Source: Escherichia coli (GTDB lineage: Bacteria; Pseudomonadota; Gammaproteobacteria; Enterobacterales; Enterobacteriaceae). From it: 64,000 bases of DNA. This document shows positions 41,836-64,000 of the stretch, in pieces. The stretch is from assembly GCF_016026235.1 (NCBI RefSeq), contig NZ_CP065613.1. One strand, written 5' to 3'. The notes below the pieces were generated by a model. That model had not been told where the DNA came from. It saw only the letters and a list, made by a program, of their open reading frames with translations, and made no database searches. The translations under genes were made by a program, and so were the position numbers. Each line of letters opens with the position of its first letter. The first letter of the stretch is position 1.

Positions 41836-41849
41836 GGATAAGAACTAAC

Positions 41850-42797
41850 GTGTCAGAATCACTACGTATTATTTTTGCGGGTACACCTGACTTTGCAGCG
41901 CGTCATCTCGACGCGCTGTTGTCTTCTGGTCATAACGTCGTTGGCGTGTTCACCCAGCCAGACCGACCGGCAGGACGCGGTAAAAAACTGATGCCCAGCC
42001 CGGTTAAAGTTCTGGCTGAGGAAAAAAGTCTGCCCGTTTTTCAACCTGTTTCCCTGCGTCCACAAGAAAACCAGCAACTGGTCGCCGATCTGCAGGCTGA
42101 TGTTATGGTCGTCGTCGCCTATGGCTTAATTCTGCCTAAAGCAGTGCTGGAGATGCCGCGTCTTGGCTGTATCAACGTTCATGGTTCACTGCTGCCACGC
42201 TGGCGCGGTGCTGCACCAATCCAACGCTCACTATGGGCGGGTGATGCAGAAACTGGTGTGACCATTATGCAAATGGATGTCGGTTTAGACACCGGTGATA
42301 TGCTCTATAAGCTCTCCTGCCCGATTACTGCAGAAGATACCAGTGGTACGCTGTACGACAAGCTGGCAGAGCTTGGCCCACAAGGGCTTATCACCACGTT
42401 GAAACAACTAGCAGACGGCACGGCGAAACCAGAAGTTCAGGACGAAACTCTTGTCACTTACGCCGAGAAGTTGAGTAAAGAAGAAGCGCGTATTGACTGG
42501 TCGCTTTCGGCAGCGCAGCTTGAACGCTGCATTCGCGCTTTCAACCCATGGCCAATGAGCTGGCTGGAAATTGAAGGACAACCGGTTAAAGTCTGGAAAG
42601 CGTCGGTCATTGATACGGCAACCAACGCTGCACCAGGAACGATCCTTGAAGCCAATAAACAAGGCATTCAGGTTGCGACTGGTGATGGAATCCTGAACCT
42701 GCTCTCGTTACAACCTGCGGGTAAGAAAGCGATGAGCGCGCAAGACCTCCTGAATTCTCGTCGGGAATGGTTTGTTCCGGGCAACCGTCTGGCCTGA
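41850..42797 (+). CDS. fmt: Methionyl-tRNA formyltransferase
   Basis: 315 aa; [16 protein letters not shown] start; formyltransferase signature. Confidence 0.96.
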   Translation: MSESLRIIFAGTPDFAARHLDALLSSGHNVVGVFTQPDRPAGRGKKLMPSPVKVLAEEKSLPVFQPVSLRPQENQQLVADLQADVMVVVAYGLILPKAVLEMPRLGCINVHGSLLPRWRGAAPIQRSLWAGDAETGVTIMQMDVGLDTGDMLYKLSCPITAEDTSGTLYDKLAELGPQGLITTLKQLADGTAKPEVQDETLVTYAEKLSKEEARIDWSLSAAQLERCIRAFNPWPMSWLEIEGQPVKVWKASVIDTATNAAPGTILEANKQGIQVATGDGILNLLSLQPAGKKAMSAQDLLNSRREWFVPGNRLA

Positions 42798-42842
42798 TAG
42801 TCCACTCTTCTAAGCCCGGTCTTGCCGGGCATTTTTATACTT

Positions 42843-44132
42843 ATGAAAAAACAACGTAATTTACGTAGCATGGCGGCCCAGGCCGTTGAACAAGTCGTCG
42901 AGCAAGGGCAATCATTAAGCAACATTCTGCCACCGCTCCAGCAAAAAGTTTCCGATAAAGACAAAGCACTTCTTCAAGAGTTGTGCTTTGGCGTACTGCG
43001 TACGCTTTCGCAGTTAGACTGGCTGATTAATAAGTTAATGGCCCGTCCGATGACCGGCAAACAGCGCACTGTGCATTACCTGATTATGGTTGGTTTGTAT
43101 CAACTGCTTTATACCCGCATTCCACCTCATGCTGCGCTGGCTGAAACGGTTGAAGGCGCTATCGCAATTAAGCGTCCGCAACTTAAAGGGTTGATAAACG
43201 GTGTATTACGCCAGTTCCAGCGTCAGCAAGAAGAGTTATTAGCCGAGTTTAATACCAGTGATGCACGTTATCTGCATCCTTCCTGGTTGCTGAAGCGTCT
43301 GCAAAAAGCGTATCCAGAGCAGTGGCAATCCATCGTCGAAGCCAATAACCAGCGTCCGCCAATGTGGCTGCGTATTAATCGTACGCATCATTCCCGCGAC
43401 AGCTGGCTTGCATTGCTGGGTGAAGCAGGAATGAAAGGTTTCCCGCATGCGGATTACCCTGATGCTGTACGGCTGGAAACACCTGCACCTGTTCATGCGC
43501 TACCTGGTTTTGAAGACGGATGGGTTACCGTTCAGGATGCATCAGCACAAGGTTGCATGACCTGGCTTGCGCCACAAAACGGTGAACACATTCTGGATCT
43601 TTGTGCCGCCCCCGGCGGTAAAACAACGCATATCCTTGAAGTGGCACCAGAAGCGCAGGTTGTTGCGGTTGATATTGACGAACAGCGCCTCTCTCGCGTT
43701 TACGACAATTTAAAACGCCTTGGTATGAAGGCAACCGTGAAACAAGGTGATGGCCGTTACCCTTCCCAATGGTGTGGCGAGCAACAGTTTGATCGCATTT
43801 TATTAGATGCGCCTTGTTCAGCAACCGGTGTGATTCGTCGCCATCCGGATATTAAATGGTTACGTCGCGATCGCGATATCCCAGAACTCGCGCAATTGCA
43901 GTCTGAAATTCTCGACGCCATTTGGCCGCATTTAAAATCCGGTGGAACCCTGGTCTATGCCACCTGTTCGGTGTTACCGGAAGAGAATAGCCTGCAGATT
44001 AAAGCCTTTTTGCAACGTACCGCTGATGCCGAACTTTGCGAAACAGGAACACCAGAGCAACCGGGTAAACAAAATCTGCCTGGTGCCGAAGAGGGCGACG
44101 GCTTCTTTTACGCTAAGCTAATCAAAAAGTGA
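42843..44132 (+). CDS. rsmB: 16S rRNA m5C967 methyltransferase RsmB
   Basis: 429 aa from [19 protein letters not shown]; NusB-like N-domain plus SAM MTase ([10 protein letters not shown]). Confidence 0.93.
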   Translation: MKKQRNLRSMAAQAVEQVVEQGQSLSNILPPLQQKVSDKDKALLQELCFGVLRTLSQLDWLINKLMARPMTGKQRTVHYLIMVGLYQLLYTRIPPHAALAETVEGAIAIKRPQLKGLINGVLRQFQRQQEELLAEFNTSDARYLHPSWLLKRLQKAYPEQWQSIVEANNQRPPMWLRINRTHHSRDSWLALLGEAGMKGFPHADYPDAVRLETPAPVHALPGFEDGWVTVQDASAQGCMTWLAPQNGEHILDLCAAPGGKTTHILEVAPEAQVVAVDIDEQRLSRVYDNLKRLGMKATVKQGDGRYPSQWCGEQQFDRILLDAPCSATGVIRRHPDIKWLRRDRDIPELAQLQSEILDAIWPHLKSGGTLVYATCSVLPEENSLQIKAFLQRTADAELCETGTPEQPGKQNLPGAEEGDGFFYAKLIKK

Positions 44133-44153
44133 TGAGATAACGGGTCGCGACTG

Positions 44154-45530
44154 ATGAAAATTATCATTCTGGGTGCCGGCCAGGTTGGCGGCACACTGGC
44201 GGAAAACCTGGTTGGCGAGAACAACGATATCACTGTTGTCGATACCAACGGTGAGCGTCTGCGAACCTTGCAGGATAAATTTGACCTGCGAGTCGTGCAG
44301 GGGCATGGCTCTCATCCACGCGTATTGCGGGAGGCAGGTGCCGACGACGCCGATATGCTGGTTGCTGTAACCAGTTCAGATGAAACCAATATGGTTGCCT
44401 GCCAGGTAGCCTACTCACTTTTCAACACCCCTAATCGCATCGCTCGTATCCGCTCACCAGACTACGTACGCGATGCCGATAAGCTATTTCATTCAGATGC
44501 TGTACCGATTGATCATCTGATCGCACCAGAGCAGTTGGTTATCGATAATATTTACCGACTGATTGAGTATCCCGGCGCATTGCAGGTGGTGAACTTCGCT
44601 GAGGGTAAAGTCAGCCTCGCTGTGGTTAAAGCCTATTATGGCGGCCCGCTGATTGGTAATGCACTTTCGACCATGCGCGAACATATGCCACATATCGATA
44701 CTCGTGTGGCAGCAATTTTCCGCCACGATCGCCCCATTCGTCCGCAAGGTTCAACCATTGTTGAGGCTGGTGATGAAGTGTTCTTTATTGCCGCTTCACA
44801 GCATATCCGCGCGGTGATGAGTGAATTACAGCGACTGGAAAAACCGTATAAGCGGATCATGCTGGTTGGTGGCGGTAATATCGGTGCAGGGCTGGCGCGT
44901 CGTCTGGAAAAAGATTACAGCGTTAAACTCATCGAACGTAATCAGCAGCGCGCTGCCGAACTGGCGGAAAAGTTGCAGAATACGATCGTCTTTTTTGGTG
45001 ATGCGTCGGATCAAGAACTGCTGGCCGAAGAACATATCGATCAAGTTGATCTGTTTATTGCCGTCACCAACGATGACGAGGCCAATATCATGTCCGCCAT
45101 GCTTGCCAAACGTATGGGTGCGAAAAAGGTGATGGTATTGATCCAGCGTCGCGCTTATGTGGATCTGGTTCAGGGGAGCGTGATCGATATTGCGATTTCA
45201 CCACAACAAGCAACTATTTCTGCGTTGCTTAGCCATGTGCGAAAAGCAGATATTGTTGGTGTTTCCTCATTGCGCCGCGGCGTAGCAGAAGCTATTGAAG
45301 CCGTTGCTCACGGTGATGAAAGCACCTCACGCGTTGTCGGCAGAGTCATTGACGAAATCAAGCTACCGCCAGGAACGATTATTGGAGCGGTGGTACGTGG
45401 AAACGACGTGATGATTGCCAATGACAATCTGCGCATTGAGCAAGGCGATCACGTAATTATGTTCCTCACAGATAAAAAATTTATTACCGACGTCGAAAGA
45501 CTCTTCCAGCCAAGCCCTTTCTTCTTGTAA
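44154..45530 (+). CDS. trkA: Potassium uptake protein TrkA (tandem NAD-binding domains)
   Basis: 458 aa; [19 protein letters not shown] and a second Rossmann repeat [13 protein letters not shown]. Confidence 0.95.
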   Translation: MKIIILGAGQVGGTLAENLVGENNDITVVDTNGERLRTLQDKFDLRVVQGHGSHPRVLREAGADDADMLVAVTSSDETNMVACQVAYSLFNTPNRIARIRSPDYVRDADKLFHSDAVPIDHLIAPEQLVIDNIYRLIEYPGALQVVNFAEGKVSLAVVKAYYGGPLIGNALSTMREHMPHIDTRVAAIFRHDRPIRPQGSTIVEAGDEVFFIAASQHIRAVMSELQRLEKPYKRIMLVGGGNIGAGLARRLEKDYSVKLIERNQQRAAELAEKLQNTIVFFGDASDQELLAEEHIDQVDLFIAVTNDDEANIMSAMLAKRMGAKKVMVLIQRRAYVDLVQGSVIDIAISPQQATISALLSHVRKADIVGVSSLRRGVAEAIEAVAHGDESTSRVVGRVIDEIKLPPGTIIGAVVRGNDVMIANDNLRIEQGDHVIMFLTDKKFITDVERLFQPSPFFL

Positions 45531-45534
45531 TTAA

Positions 45535-45562
45535 TAAGGCGTCTAATGACGCCTTATTATTT
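45535..45562 (+). terminator. Intrinsic terminator after trkA
   Basis: taaggcgtctaatgacgcctta hairpin followed by a T-rich tract. Confidence 0.65.
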
Positions 45563-45866
45563 CCCTTTGATTATCAAGGATTAATTAAATTCATTCCTGG
45601 CAGGAAAATGGCTTAACATTTGTTAGACTTATGGTTGTCGGCTTCATAGGGAGAATAACATGAGCATTATTAAAGAATTTCGCGAATTTGCGATGCGCGG
45701 GAACGTGGTGGATTTGGCGGTGGGTGTCATTATCGGTGCGGCATTCGGGAAGATTGTATCTTCACTGGTTGCCGATATCATCATGCCACCTCTGGGCTTA
45801 TTAATTGGCGGGATCGACTTTAAACAGTTTGCTGTCACGCTACGCGATGCGCAGGGGGATATCCCC

Positions 45867-47149
45867 TGAGGGATCCCCAGAAAATTTAGTAAACCATTAT
45901 CATATTGGTATACCGTTGCTGTAGAACTTTCAGCCCTGCGTCAAGTGACAGTGTGTTTAGTATGAGTGGAGAATGTCGAATCACATTCTCCGCCAGTTTT
46001 AATAACGAGATGACTCGCCTGTGCTTCACTGTATTTGCCTGATATTTATGATGTATCCCTTTGTTTTCCAGGCTGAAACCGCTTAACCACATAATGATAC
46101 TGGCTAATGTTGCGATCAGACTCAATACCGTGACCCGCCCAGATGAATGACTGGCACCAAACCGTAGTCCAAATCCCCAGCGAGGATTTTTTTCATCCCT
46201 GAAATTTTGCTCAATTTGCATTCTACGGCTGTATAATTTCATTACCTGTTTTGGCGAGAACTCAGTACTGTTTGTGAAAATAAACCATGGTGATTTCCCG
46301 GCAGTACGAGCTTTAGCCGTCACCGATGGTCTGGTTGCTCTTTCCTTCGAGCGTTTAAATCTACGACCTTTAGGCTTACTTTTATAAAGATAAAAATGCC
46401 CTTCATGTTGTGCATTTTTATCTCGACCCAGCAGGCCTTCACCTAAATAAATTGCTGTCGTTGATGCTTTTGTGCCTGAGTCCGACACCTTTTCCCAGCC
46501 ATTACCAACATTGTAATAATGATTGCCCAGTACCCGGCAAATATAGGTCCAGCCACGGGAGCGGAGCTGTTGGAACCATCGCCCCTGAAAACCGGCATCT
46601 GTAATAACAATGACATCAGTCCCGGGGGAAAAGCACTCAGCAAGCGATTCCAGAAAACGCTCATGTACATCTGCATTCGCTGTCTGTGATGATGGAACGA
46701 CACAACTCATCAACGGTAAAGAACGCCCGTCACATGCCAGGCTTGCCCGCAAAAGCTGAAAACGAGAGGCATGATAAGCACTCCAGTCAATGAGTATCAC
46801 AACACGAGACATTCCCCGCGTAATCTTTTGGGTAATTCGCTGAAAAATGGTGGAAACCTCATTTTGCAAATGTCGATTCCCCAACAGTCGATCCACCCGC
46901 TTTATTTTGTTTTTAACTGATGCCGTACCGGTTAAATGACGCCCGATACTGGTAAGTGTGAGGGAAGCGCCATTTATTACAGCATTAGTTGCGTCAATCA
47001 GTGATTTTTGACGGTAAAGATGCAAAGGGGCCAGTATGTTGTTAAGGAAATTTTGGCATAATGAACGTGCAGGCATAGTGGTGATCTCCTTGAAATTGTT
47101 AGCACAATCAATTAGATCACATCTCACTATGCCTGTCTTGTTTTCTGGG
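45867..47149 (-). mobile_element. IS4-family (IS10-like) insertion sequence, about 1283 bp, with terminal inverted repeats and a 9-10 bp target-site duplication
   Basis: Left end CTGAGGGATCCCCAGAAAA versus reverse complement of right end CTGAGGAATCCCCAGAAAA (18/19 match); flanking direct repeat GGGATATCCC at 45857-45866 and 47150-47159; single transposase ORF inside. Confidence 0.88.
45886..47076 (-). CDS. IS4-family DDE transposase
   Basis: 396 aa from [10 protein letters not shown] with [25 protein letters not shown] and [15 protein letters not shown] (Y-2-R-3-E-6-K) motifs resembling the IS10 transposase but clearly diverged. Confidence 0.88.
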   Translation of the reverse strand: MPARSLCQNFLNNILAPLHLYRQKSLIDATNAVINGASLTLTSIGRHLTGTASVKNKIKRVDRLLGNRHLQNEVSTIFQRITQKITRGMSRVVILIDWSAYHASRFQLLRASLACDGRSLPLMSCVVPSSQTANADVHERFLESLAECFSPGTDVIVITDAGFQGRWFQQLRSRGWTYICRVLGNHYYNVGNGWEKVSDSGTKASTTAIYLGEGLLGRDKNAQHEGHFYLYKSKPKGRRFKRSKERATRPSVTAKARTAGKSPWFIFTNSTEFSPKQVMKLYSRRMQIEQNFRDEKNPRWGFGLRFGASHSSGRVTVLSLIATLASIIMWLSGFSLENKGIHHKYQANTVKHRRVISLLKLAENVIRHSPLILNTLSLDAGLKVLQQRYTNMIMVY

Positions 47150-47370
47150 GATTCCTCAGGGGATATCCCTGCTGTTGTGATGCATTACGGTGTCTTCATT
47201 CAAAACGTCTTTGATTTTCTGATTGTGGCCTTTGCCATCTTTATGGCGATTAAGCTAATCAACAAACTGAATCGGAAAAAAGAAGAACCAGCAGCCGCAC
47301 CAGCACCAACTAAAGAAGAAGTATTACTGACAGAAATTCGTGATTTGCTGAAAGAGCAGAATAACCGCTC

Positions 47371-47589
47371 TTAACAAGCGCCTGAAAGCAGAAGACCAGT
47401 GGTAAAAAAGTGATTTACTTTCTTGCCACTGGCCTCCCAGTTCCCCCGATTGCCATGTTTTCCTTTTCGCATGTAACTACCTTTCCCTTTCTTATTTTTC
47501 TCTACGCGCTGTCGGAATAAGGGATCATGTAGTAATGCTTCTATCGCATTATCCTTTATCTGCCCTTTAGTATGCTGATATCGGCTCAT
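47371..47589 (-). CDS. arfA: Alternative ribosome-rescue factor A (YhdL)
   Basis: 72 aa [72 protein letters not shown]; 3' end overlaps the mscL stop. Confidence 0.92.
47384..47424 (-). promoter_or_regulatory. Stem-loop in the 3' part of the arfA ORF (candidate RNase III processing hairpin)
   Basis: Inverted repeat ccagtgg ... ccactgg flanking an A/T-rich loop inside the last ~15 codons; arfA mRNA is known to be processed to a non-stop transcript. Confidence 0.45.
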
Positions 47590-47644
47590 AAAAACTCCAG
47601 TTGGTTATTTAACGGCGCGAGTGTAATCCTGCCAGTGCAAAAAA

Positions 47645-48070
47645 TCAACAGCCACTCTTAACGCCACTCGCCCCTTGTTCAAGAGCTTCAAGAATCGAAC
47701 AATAAACACTGCTATGAGCAGTCCCACAACAGGCATCGTTAAGGCGTTGCAAGGAACGCTGCATACTCTGCAACTCGGCTATCCGTGCTTCGACTTCCTG
47801 CAATCTTTCCTGCACAATGCCTTTTGACTCCTGACAGGTATGGTGTTCAGGATCGATGCGGATCGACAGCAACTCGCGGATCGACTCCAGACTGAAACCT
47901 AGTTGTCTGGCATGGCGGATAAATTTCAATCGCTGGAGATCGCTTTCGGTATACAGGCGAAACCCACCTTCGGTACGCACTTCATGCTCCATCATCTGCT
48001 GCTTTTCGTAATAACGAATCGTGTCGGGTGTTACTTCCGCCATTTTTGCCAGCTCACCAATGCGATACAT
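47645..48070 (-). CDS. zntR: MerR-family Zn(II)-responsive regulator ZntR
   Basis: 141 aa from MYRIGELAKMAEVTPDTIRYYEKQQMM; C-terminal Cys/His metal site. Confidence 0.93.
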   Translation of the reverse strand: MYRIGELAKMAEVTPDTIRYYEKQQMMEHEVRTEGGFRLYTESDLQRLKFIRHARQLGFSLESIRELLSIRIDPEHHTCQESKGIVQERLQEVEARIAELQSMQRSLQRLNDACCGTAHSSVYCSILEALEQGASGVKSGC

Positions 48071-48080
48071 ACATACTCCA

Positions 48081-48449
48081 CTAGTTATCGTTGATTTTGT
48101 CCAACAACTTGTCAGCATAATCGCCGCGTAAAAAATCGGTACTCAATCCAGCTTGTCGCAGCTTCAATTCCAGTAATGACAATCGACGGCTAACCTCTTG
48201 ATATTGCGGATCATCGTGACGGATACCTTTGAGGATATCCAGAAGCTGAATTGCTTCCCTCCGTTGCTCAAGTTCTGGCGGTAAGCAACCGGCATTCTTC
48301 AACAAGCGATACCCCGCACGTAATTCCGGTGGCACGTGAGAATCATCATCCAGTATCAATGGTTCGCCGCTACCTGTCAGGTTATCAAACTCACCTTTCG
48401 CTTGCGCTTCTGCTATATGACGCTCTGCCCACTGGTCAAGTAACCACAT
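48081..48449 (-). CDS. yhdN: DUF1992-family protein YhdN
   Basis: 122 aa MWLLDQWAERHIAEAQAKGEFDNLTGSGEPL; conserved position between rplQ and zntR. Confidence 0.85.
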   Translation of the reverse strand: MWLLDQWAERHIAEAQAKGEFDNLTGSGEPLILDDDSHVPPELRAGYRLLKNAGCLPPELEQRREAIQLLDILKGIRHDDPQYQEVSRRLSLLELKLRQAGLSTDFLRGDYADKLLDKINDN

Positions 48450-48513
48450 AAATACTCCAGGGGATGAACAAAAAGAGTACAGCTATTGTAGATAAGTGGG
48501 GATACTACGGGTA

Positions 48514-48542
48514 TAAAAAAACCCGCCGGGGCGGGTTTTTTT
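48514..48542 (-). terminator. Intrinsic terminator after rplQ (end of the alpha operon)
   Basis: aaaaaaacccgccggggcgggttttttt perfect GC hairpin with flanking A/T tracts. Confidence 0.8.
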
Positions 48543-48555
48543 ACGTTGCTTCAGA

Positions 48556-48963
<408 letters not shown>

Positions 48964-48979
48964 TTAACCTGTGATCCGG

Positions 48980-49969
48980 TTACTCGTCAGCGATGCTTGC
49001 CGGTGGCCAGTTTTCCAGGCGCATGCCCAGAGACAGTCCACGGGAAGCCAGCACGTCTTTAATCTCAGTAAGAGATTTTTTACCAAGGTTAGGCGTTTTA
49101 AGGAGCTCAACCTCGGTACGTTGTACCAGATCACCGATATAGTGGATAGCTTCTGCTTTAAGGCAGTTAGCAGAGCGGACAGTCAATTCCAGATCGTCAA
49201 CAGGGCGCAGCAGGATCGGATCGAACTCTGGTTTCTCTTCTTTCACTTCAGGCTGACGTACATCACGTAAGTCAACGAAAGCTTCCAGTTGTTCAGCCAG
49301 AATGGTTGCCGCACGACGAATCGCCTCTTCAGGATCGATTGTGCCGTTGGTTTCCATTTCGATGACCAGCTTGTCCAGGTCGGTACGCTGTTCTACACGC
49401 GCTGCTTCAACATTGTAGGCAATACGCTCCACAGGGCTGTAGCATGCGTCGACCAGCAGACGGCCGATTGGGCGCTCATCTTCTTCCGAATGAATTCGGG
49501 TAGAAGCCGGCACATAACCACGACCGCGCTGAACTTTGATACGCATGCTAATAGACGCGTTCTCATCGGTCAGGTGGCAGATCACGTGCTGCGGCTTGAC
49601 GATTTCGACATCACCGTCGTGGGTGATATCGGCTGCAGTCACAGGGCCAATGCCAGATTTATTCAAGGTAAGAATAACTTCATCTTTGCCCTGAACTCTC
49701 ACCGCCAGCCCTTTCAGGTTGAGCAGGATTTCCAGGATATCTTCCTGAACGCCTTCTTTGGTGCTGTACTCATGTAGTACACCATCAATCTCAACCTCGG
49801 TCACCGCGCAACCCGGCATCGATGAGAGCAGAATACGGCGCAGTGCGTTACCCAGAGTATGGCCAAAGCCACGCTCTAAAGGCTCAAGGGTCACCTTGGC
49901 GTGCGTCGAACTCACTTGCTCGATATCAACCAGGCGCGGTTTTAGAAACTCTGTCACAGAACCCTGCAT
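48980..49969 (-). CDS. rpoA: RNA polymerase alpha subunit
   Basis: 329 aa [45 protein letters not shown]. Confidence 0.98.
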
Positions 49970-49994
49970 TGTGTCCTCTCTTTGGTACTAAGCT

Positions 49995-51041
<1,047 letters not shown>

Positions 51042-51054
51042 TCAATCACCCCGA

Positions 51055-53037
<1,983 letters not shown>

Positions 53038-53044
53038 CTGCTAC

Positions 53045-54178
<1,134 letters not shown>

Positions 54179-54183
54179 CTACC

Positions 54184-55491
<1,308 letters not shown>

Positions 55492-55518
55492 TTACTCCCG
55501 TGATTCAATTGGTGACAA

Positions 55519-55827
<309 letters not shown>

Positions 55828-55838
55828 GTAACCCTACC

Positions 55839-57196
<1,358 letters not shown>

Positions 57197-57232
57197 GAAA
57201 AAATAAACGGCTCATTTCTGAGCCGTTTATTC
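57197..57232 (-). terminator. S10 operon terminator downstream of rpsQ
   Basis: On the minus strand aataaacggctcagaaatgagccgtttatttttt hairpin with U-tract. Confidence 0.75.
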
Positions 57233-57253
57233 GTATCGAGAGAGTGTACTGTA

Positions 57254-59182
<1,929 letters not shown>

Positions 59183-59187
59183 CTACC

Positions 59188-59469
<282 letters not shown>

Positions 59470-59482
59470 TTATCCTCTAAAA

Positions 59483-61878
<2,396 letters not shown>

Positions 61879-61898
61879 TCAATCGCTCAATGACCTGA

Positions 61899-62382
<484 letters not shown>

Positions 62383-62384
62383 CG

Positions 62385-62418
62385 CGCATTATACGCAAAT
62401 CTGAGCCTGACGCAAGCA
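62385..62418 (-). promoter_or_regulatory. S10 operon promoter
   Basis: On the minus strand cTTGCGTcaggctcagatttgcgTATAATgcgcggg (-35 TTGCGT, 17 nt spacer, -10 TATAAT). Confidence 0.65.
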
Positions 62419-62588
62419 TCGGGTAGAAATTAATCGCAACGCGCAGATTGCGAGCTGTATTCCACGAAATTTGTAAGGTTGTGAAGATAGCGTTTTTCAC
62501 CGGAACCAGGTTAACAAATCAGCGATTTCTCTGTTGCTGAGCATCCGGAGTTATTCGATGGTGATACTCCAATTACAGAGGATGTTTT

Positions 62589-63056
62589 ATGGACGCTACC
62601 CTTCCCTTTCTGATTTTGTACGCTTGTTTATCTGTCCTACTTTTTTTATGGGATGCAAAGCATGGCTTGTTACCTGACAGATTTACCTGCCCGTTACTCT
62701 GGTCAGGTCTTTTGTTCTCTCAGGTTTGTAATCCTGACGGTTTAGCCGATGCGTTATGGGGGGCGATTATTGGTTACGGCACATTCGCTGTCATTTACTG
62801 GGGGTATCGCATACTGCGTCATAAAGAAGGATTAGGCTATGGTGATGTGAAGTTTCTCGCCGCCCTTGGTGCCTGGCATACCTGGACCTTCTTGCCACGA
62901 CTGGTTTTCCTTGCTGCCTCATTCGCTTGCGGAGCCGTAGTTGTTGGTCTGCTCATGAGAGGAAAAGAGTCATTAAAAAACCCGCTGCCGTTTGGGCCAT
63001 TTCTGGCGGCTGCGGGTTTCGTTGTAGGTTGGGATAGTTTGCTGGCAGGCCGTTAA
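62589..63056 (+). CDS. hopD: HopD/GspO-like type IV prepilin (leader) peptidase, peptidase-domain-only protein
   Basis: 155 aa polytopic membrane protein with the two aspartate motifs of A24 prepilin peptidases (LLPDRF and [16 protein letters not shown]) and C-terminal [11 protein letters not shown]; in-frame stop 9 codons upstream of the ATG; no other gsp genes adjacent. Confidence 0.7.
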   Translation: MDATLPFLILYACLSVLLFLWDAKHGLLPDRFTCPLLWSGLLFSQVCNPDGLADALWGAIIGYGTFAVIYWGYRILRHKEGLGYGDVKFLAALGAWHTWTFLPRLVFLAASFACGAVVVGLLMRGKESLKNPLPFGPFLAAAGFVVGWDSLLAGR

Positions 63057-63529
63057 TCTTTAACTTTTATTTGTGATTGCAGGTAATTTTGTAAACCGAT
63101 TTTACCGATGAGATCCAGCTCAGTTTCGAGCCAGTCAATATGACCTTCTTCATCGGCAAGGATCTCGATCATCATATCACGGCTAACATAGTCATGAACG
63201 CTGTCGGCATACGCGATAGCCTCACGGAGATCCTTCGCGCCTTCCAGTTCTAATCGCAGGTCGGATTGCAGCATCTCCTCGACATCTTCACCAATCCCCA
63301 GTTTGCCTAAATCCTGTAAGTTGGGGATTCCTTCTAAAAACAAAATACGCTCGATATATTTATCAGCGTGTTTCATCTCATCGATGGATTCATGGTATTC
63401 GACGTCATTGAGACGCATCAGGCCCCAGTTTTTAAACATCCGGGCATGGAGAAAATACTGATTGATTGCGACAAGCTCATTTCCCAATAGTTTATTGAGA
63501 TAATTTATGATTTTAACATCACCTTTCAT
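63053..63529 (-). CDS. bfr: Bacterioferritin
   Basis: 158 aa [37 protein letters not shown]; ferroxidase-centre residues present. Confidence 0.97.
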   Translation of the reverse strand: MKGDVKIINYLNKLLGNELVAINQYFLHARMFKNWGLMRLNDVEYHESIDEMKHADKYIERILFLEGIPNLQDLGKLGIGEDVEEMLQSDLRLELEGAKDLREAIAYADSVHDYVSRDMMIEILADEEGHIDWLETELDLIGKIGLQNYLQSQIKVKD

Positions 63530-63601
63530 TTTATAGTCCCTCCGCTTCCACTATTAGAGCGTAGATGGGGCTAGCGGGATGTCAAAAAATAAGCGTGGTC
63601 T

Positions 63602-63796
63602 TCAGGCAATCTCTTTAAATTCTGGCATCTGCATCAACTCGTCCTGCATCACTTCGCGCGCGGCGCGAATGCACTTACCGCATTGATTTCCCACAGGAAT
63701 AAACTTACGCAATTGTTGGAAAGATTGCGGATGAAACTGACGGACTGCCTGGCGAATTTTTTTGTCACTTACACCATTACACAAACAAACGTACAT
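63602..63796 (-). CDS. bfd: Bacterioferritin-associated [2Fe-2S] ferredoxin
   Basis: 64 aa MYVCLCNGVSDKKIRQAV...CGKC; four-Cys motif. Confidence 0.95.
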   Translation of the reverse strand: MYVCLCNGVSDKKIRQAVRQFHPQSFQQLRKFIPVGNQCGKCIRAAREVMQDELMQMPEFKEIA

Positions 63797-63831
63797 GATT
63801 GCTCCCGTTCAAATTCTGCGCAAAGTGTAAA

Positions 63832-63852
63832 TGAGAATGGTTATGATTACAA
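63832..63852 (-). promoter_or_regulatory. Candidate Fur box in the bfd promoter region
   Basis: atgagaatggttatgattaca resembles the GATAATGATAATCATTATC Fur consensus, about 40-60 bp upstream of the bfd start; bfd is known to be Fur-repressed. Confidence 0.4.
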
Positions 63853-63926
63853 TAGCACAGTTTTATTTGCGCCATAGTTCAGCGAGCAAAATTACGACTA
63901 AATATTTCGAGCTCAAATTACGGGCA

Positions 63927-63955
63927 GCAAAAAGGGCGCCGAAGCGCCCTTTTCA
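63927..63955 (-). terminator. Intrinsic terminator downstream of tufA
   Basis: On the minus strand aaagggcgcttcggcgcccttttt hairpin with T-tract, 25 nt after the tufA stop. Confidence 0.7.
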
Positions 63956-63978
63956 ATTCAAAACTAATTAACGTGTAA

Positions 63979-64000
63979 TTAGCCCAGAACTTTAGCAACA
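63979..64000 (-). CDS. tufA: Elongation factor Tu, extreme 3' end only (gene continues beyond the window)
   Basis: Reverse complement of the last 22 nt reads ...V-A-K-V-L-G-stop, the EF-Tu C-terminus; assigned as tufA from the bfr/bfd context. Confidence 0.6.

Larger units (their letters stand above)
45660..47374 (+). pseudogene. mscL: mscL (large-conductance mechanosensitive channel) interrupted by an insertion sequence
   Basis: 5' part encodes [69 protein letters not shown] then an IS-derived stop; the 3' part (47150..47374) resumes in frame with ...[71 protein letters not shown]. Confidence 0.9.

Noticed and set aside
46410-46703. Short ORFs inside the IS element in other frames or antisense to the transposase
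   Set aside because: IS10-family elements encode a single transposase; these short frames overlap it and lack start signals. An antisense RNA (RNA-OUT-like) is possible but not identifiable from sequence alone.

Overview
The window is Escherichia coli / Shigella-type core chromosome, colinear with the K-12 region from yhdP to tufA, and I found no CRISPR array, prophage, integrase, toxin-antitoxin or defense-like cassette in it. Gene content in order: yhdP, rng, yhdE, mreDCB, csrD, acuI, accBC, yhdT-panF-prmA, dusB-fis, yhdJ, yhdU, acrS/acrEF, yhdV, yhdWXYZ, the complete rrnD operon (16S, tRNA-Ile, tRNA-Ala, 23S, 5S, tRNA-Thr, second 5S) on the minus strand, yrdA, yrdB-aroE-tsaC-yrdD, smg-dprA, def-fmt-rsmB-trkA, mscL, arfA, zntR, yhdN, then the alpha, spc and S10 ribosomal protein operons (rplQ through rpsJ), a hopD-like prepilin peptidase gene, bfr, bfd and the 3' end of tufA. 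The only clearly accessory DNA is a ~1.28 kb IS4-family (IS10-like) insertion sequence that splits mscL, flanked by a 9-10 bp duplication of a palindromic target. Other points worth a second look are a frameshifted yhdW behind an intact sigma54-type promoter, a short rpsJ-bfr interval holding only the hopD-like gene, bfd lying directly next to tufA, and a candidate TTG-initiated small ORF just downstream of acuI. All identifications rest on reading the translations and RNA sequences against remembered E. coli sequences; no database search was run. Long antisense ORFs in the track are treated as non-coding.
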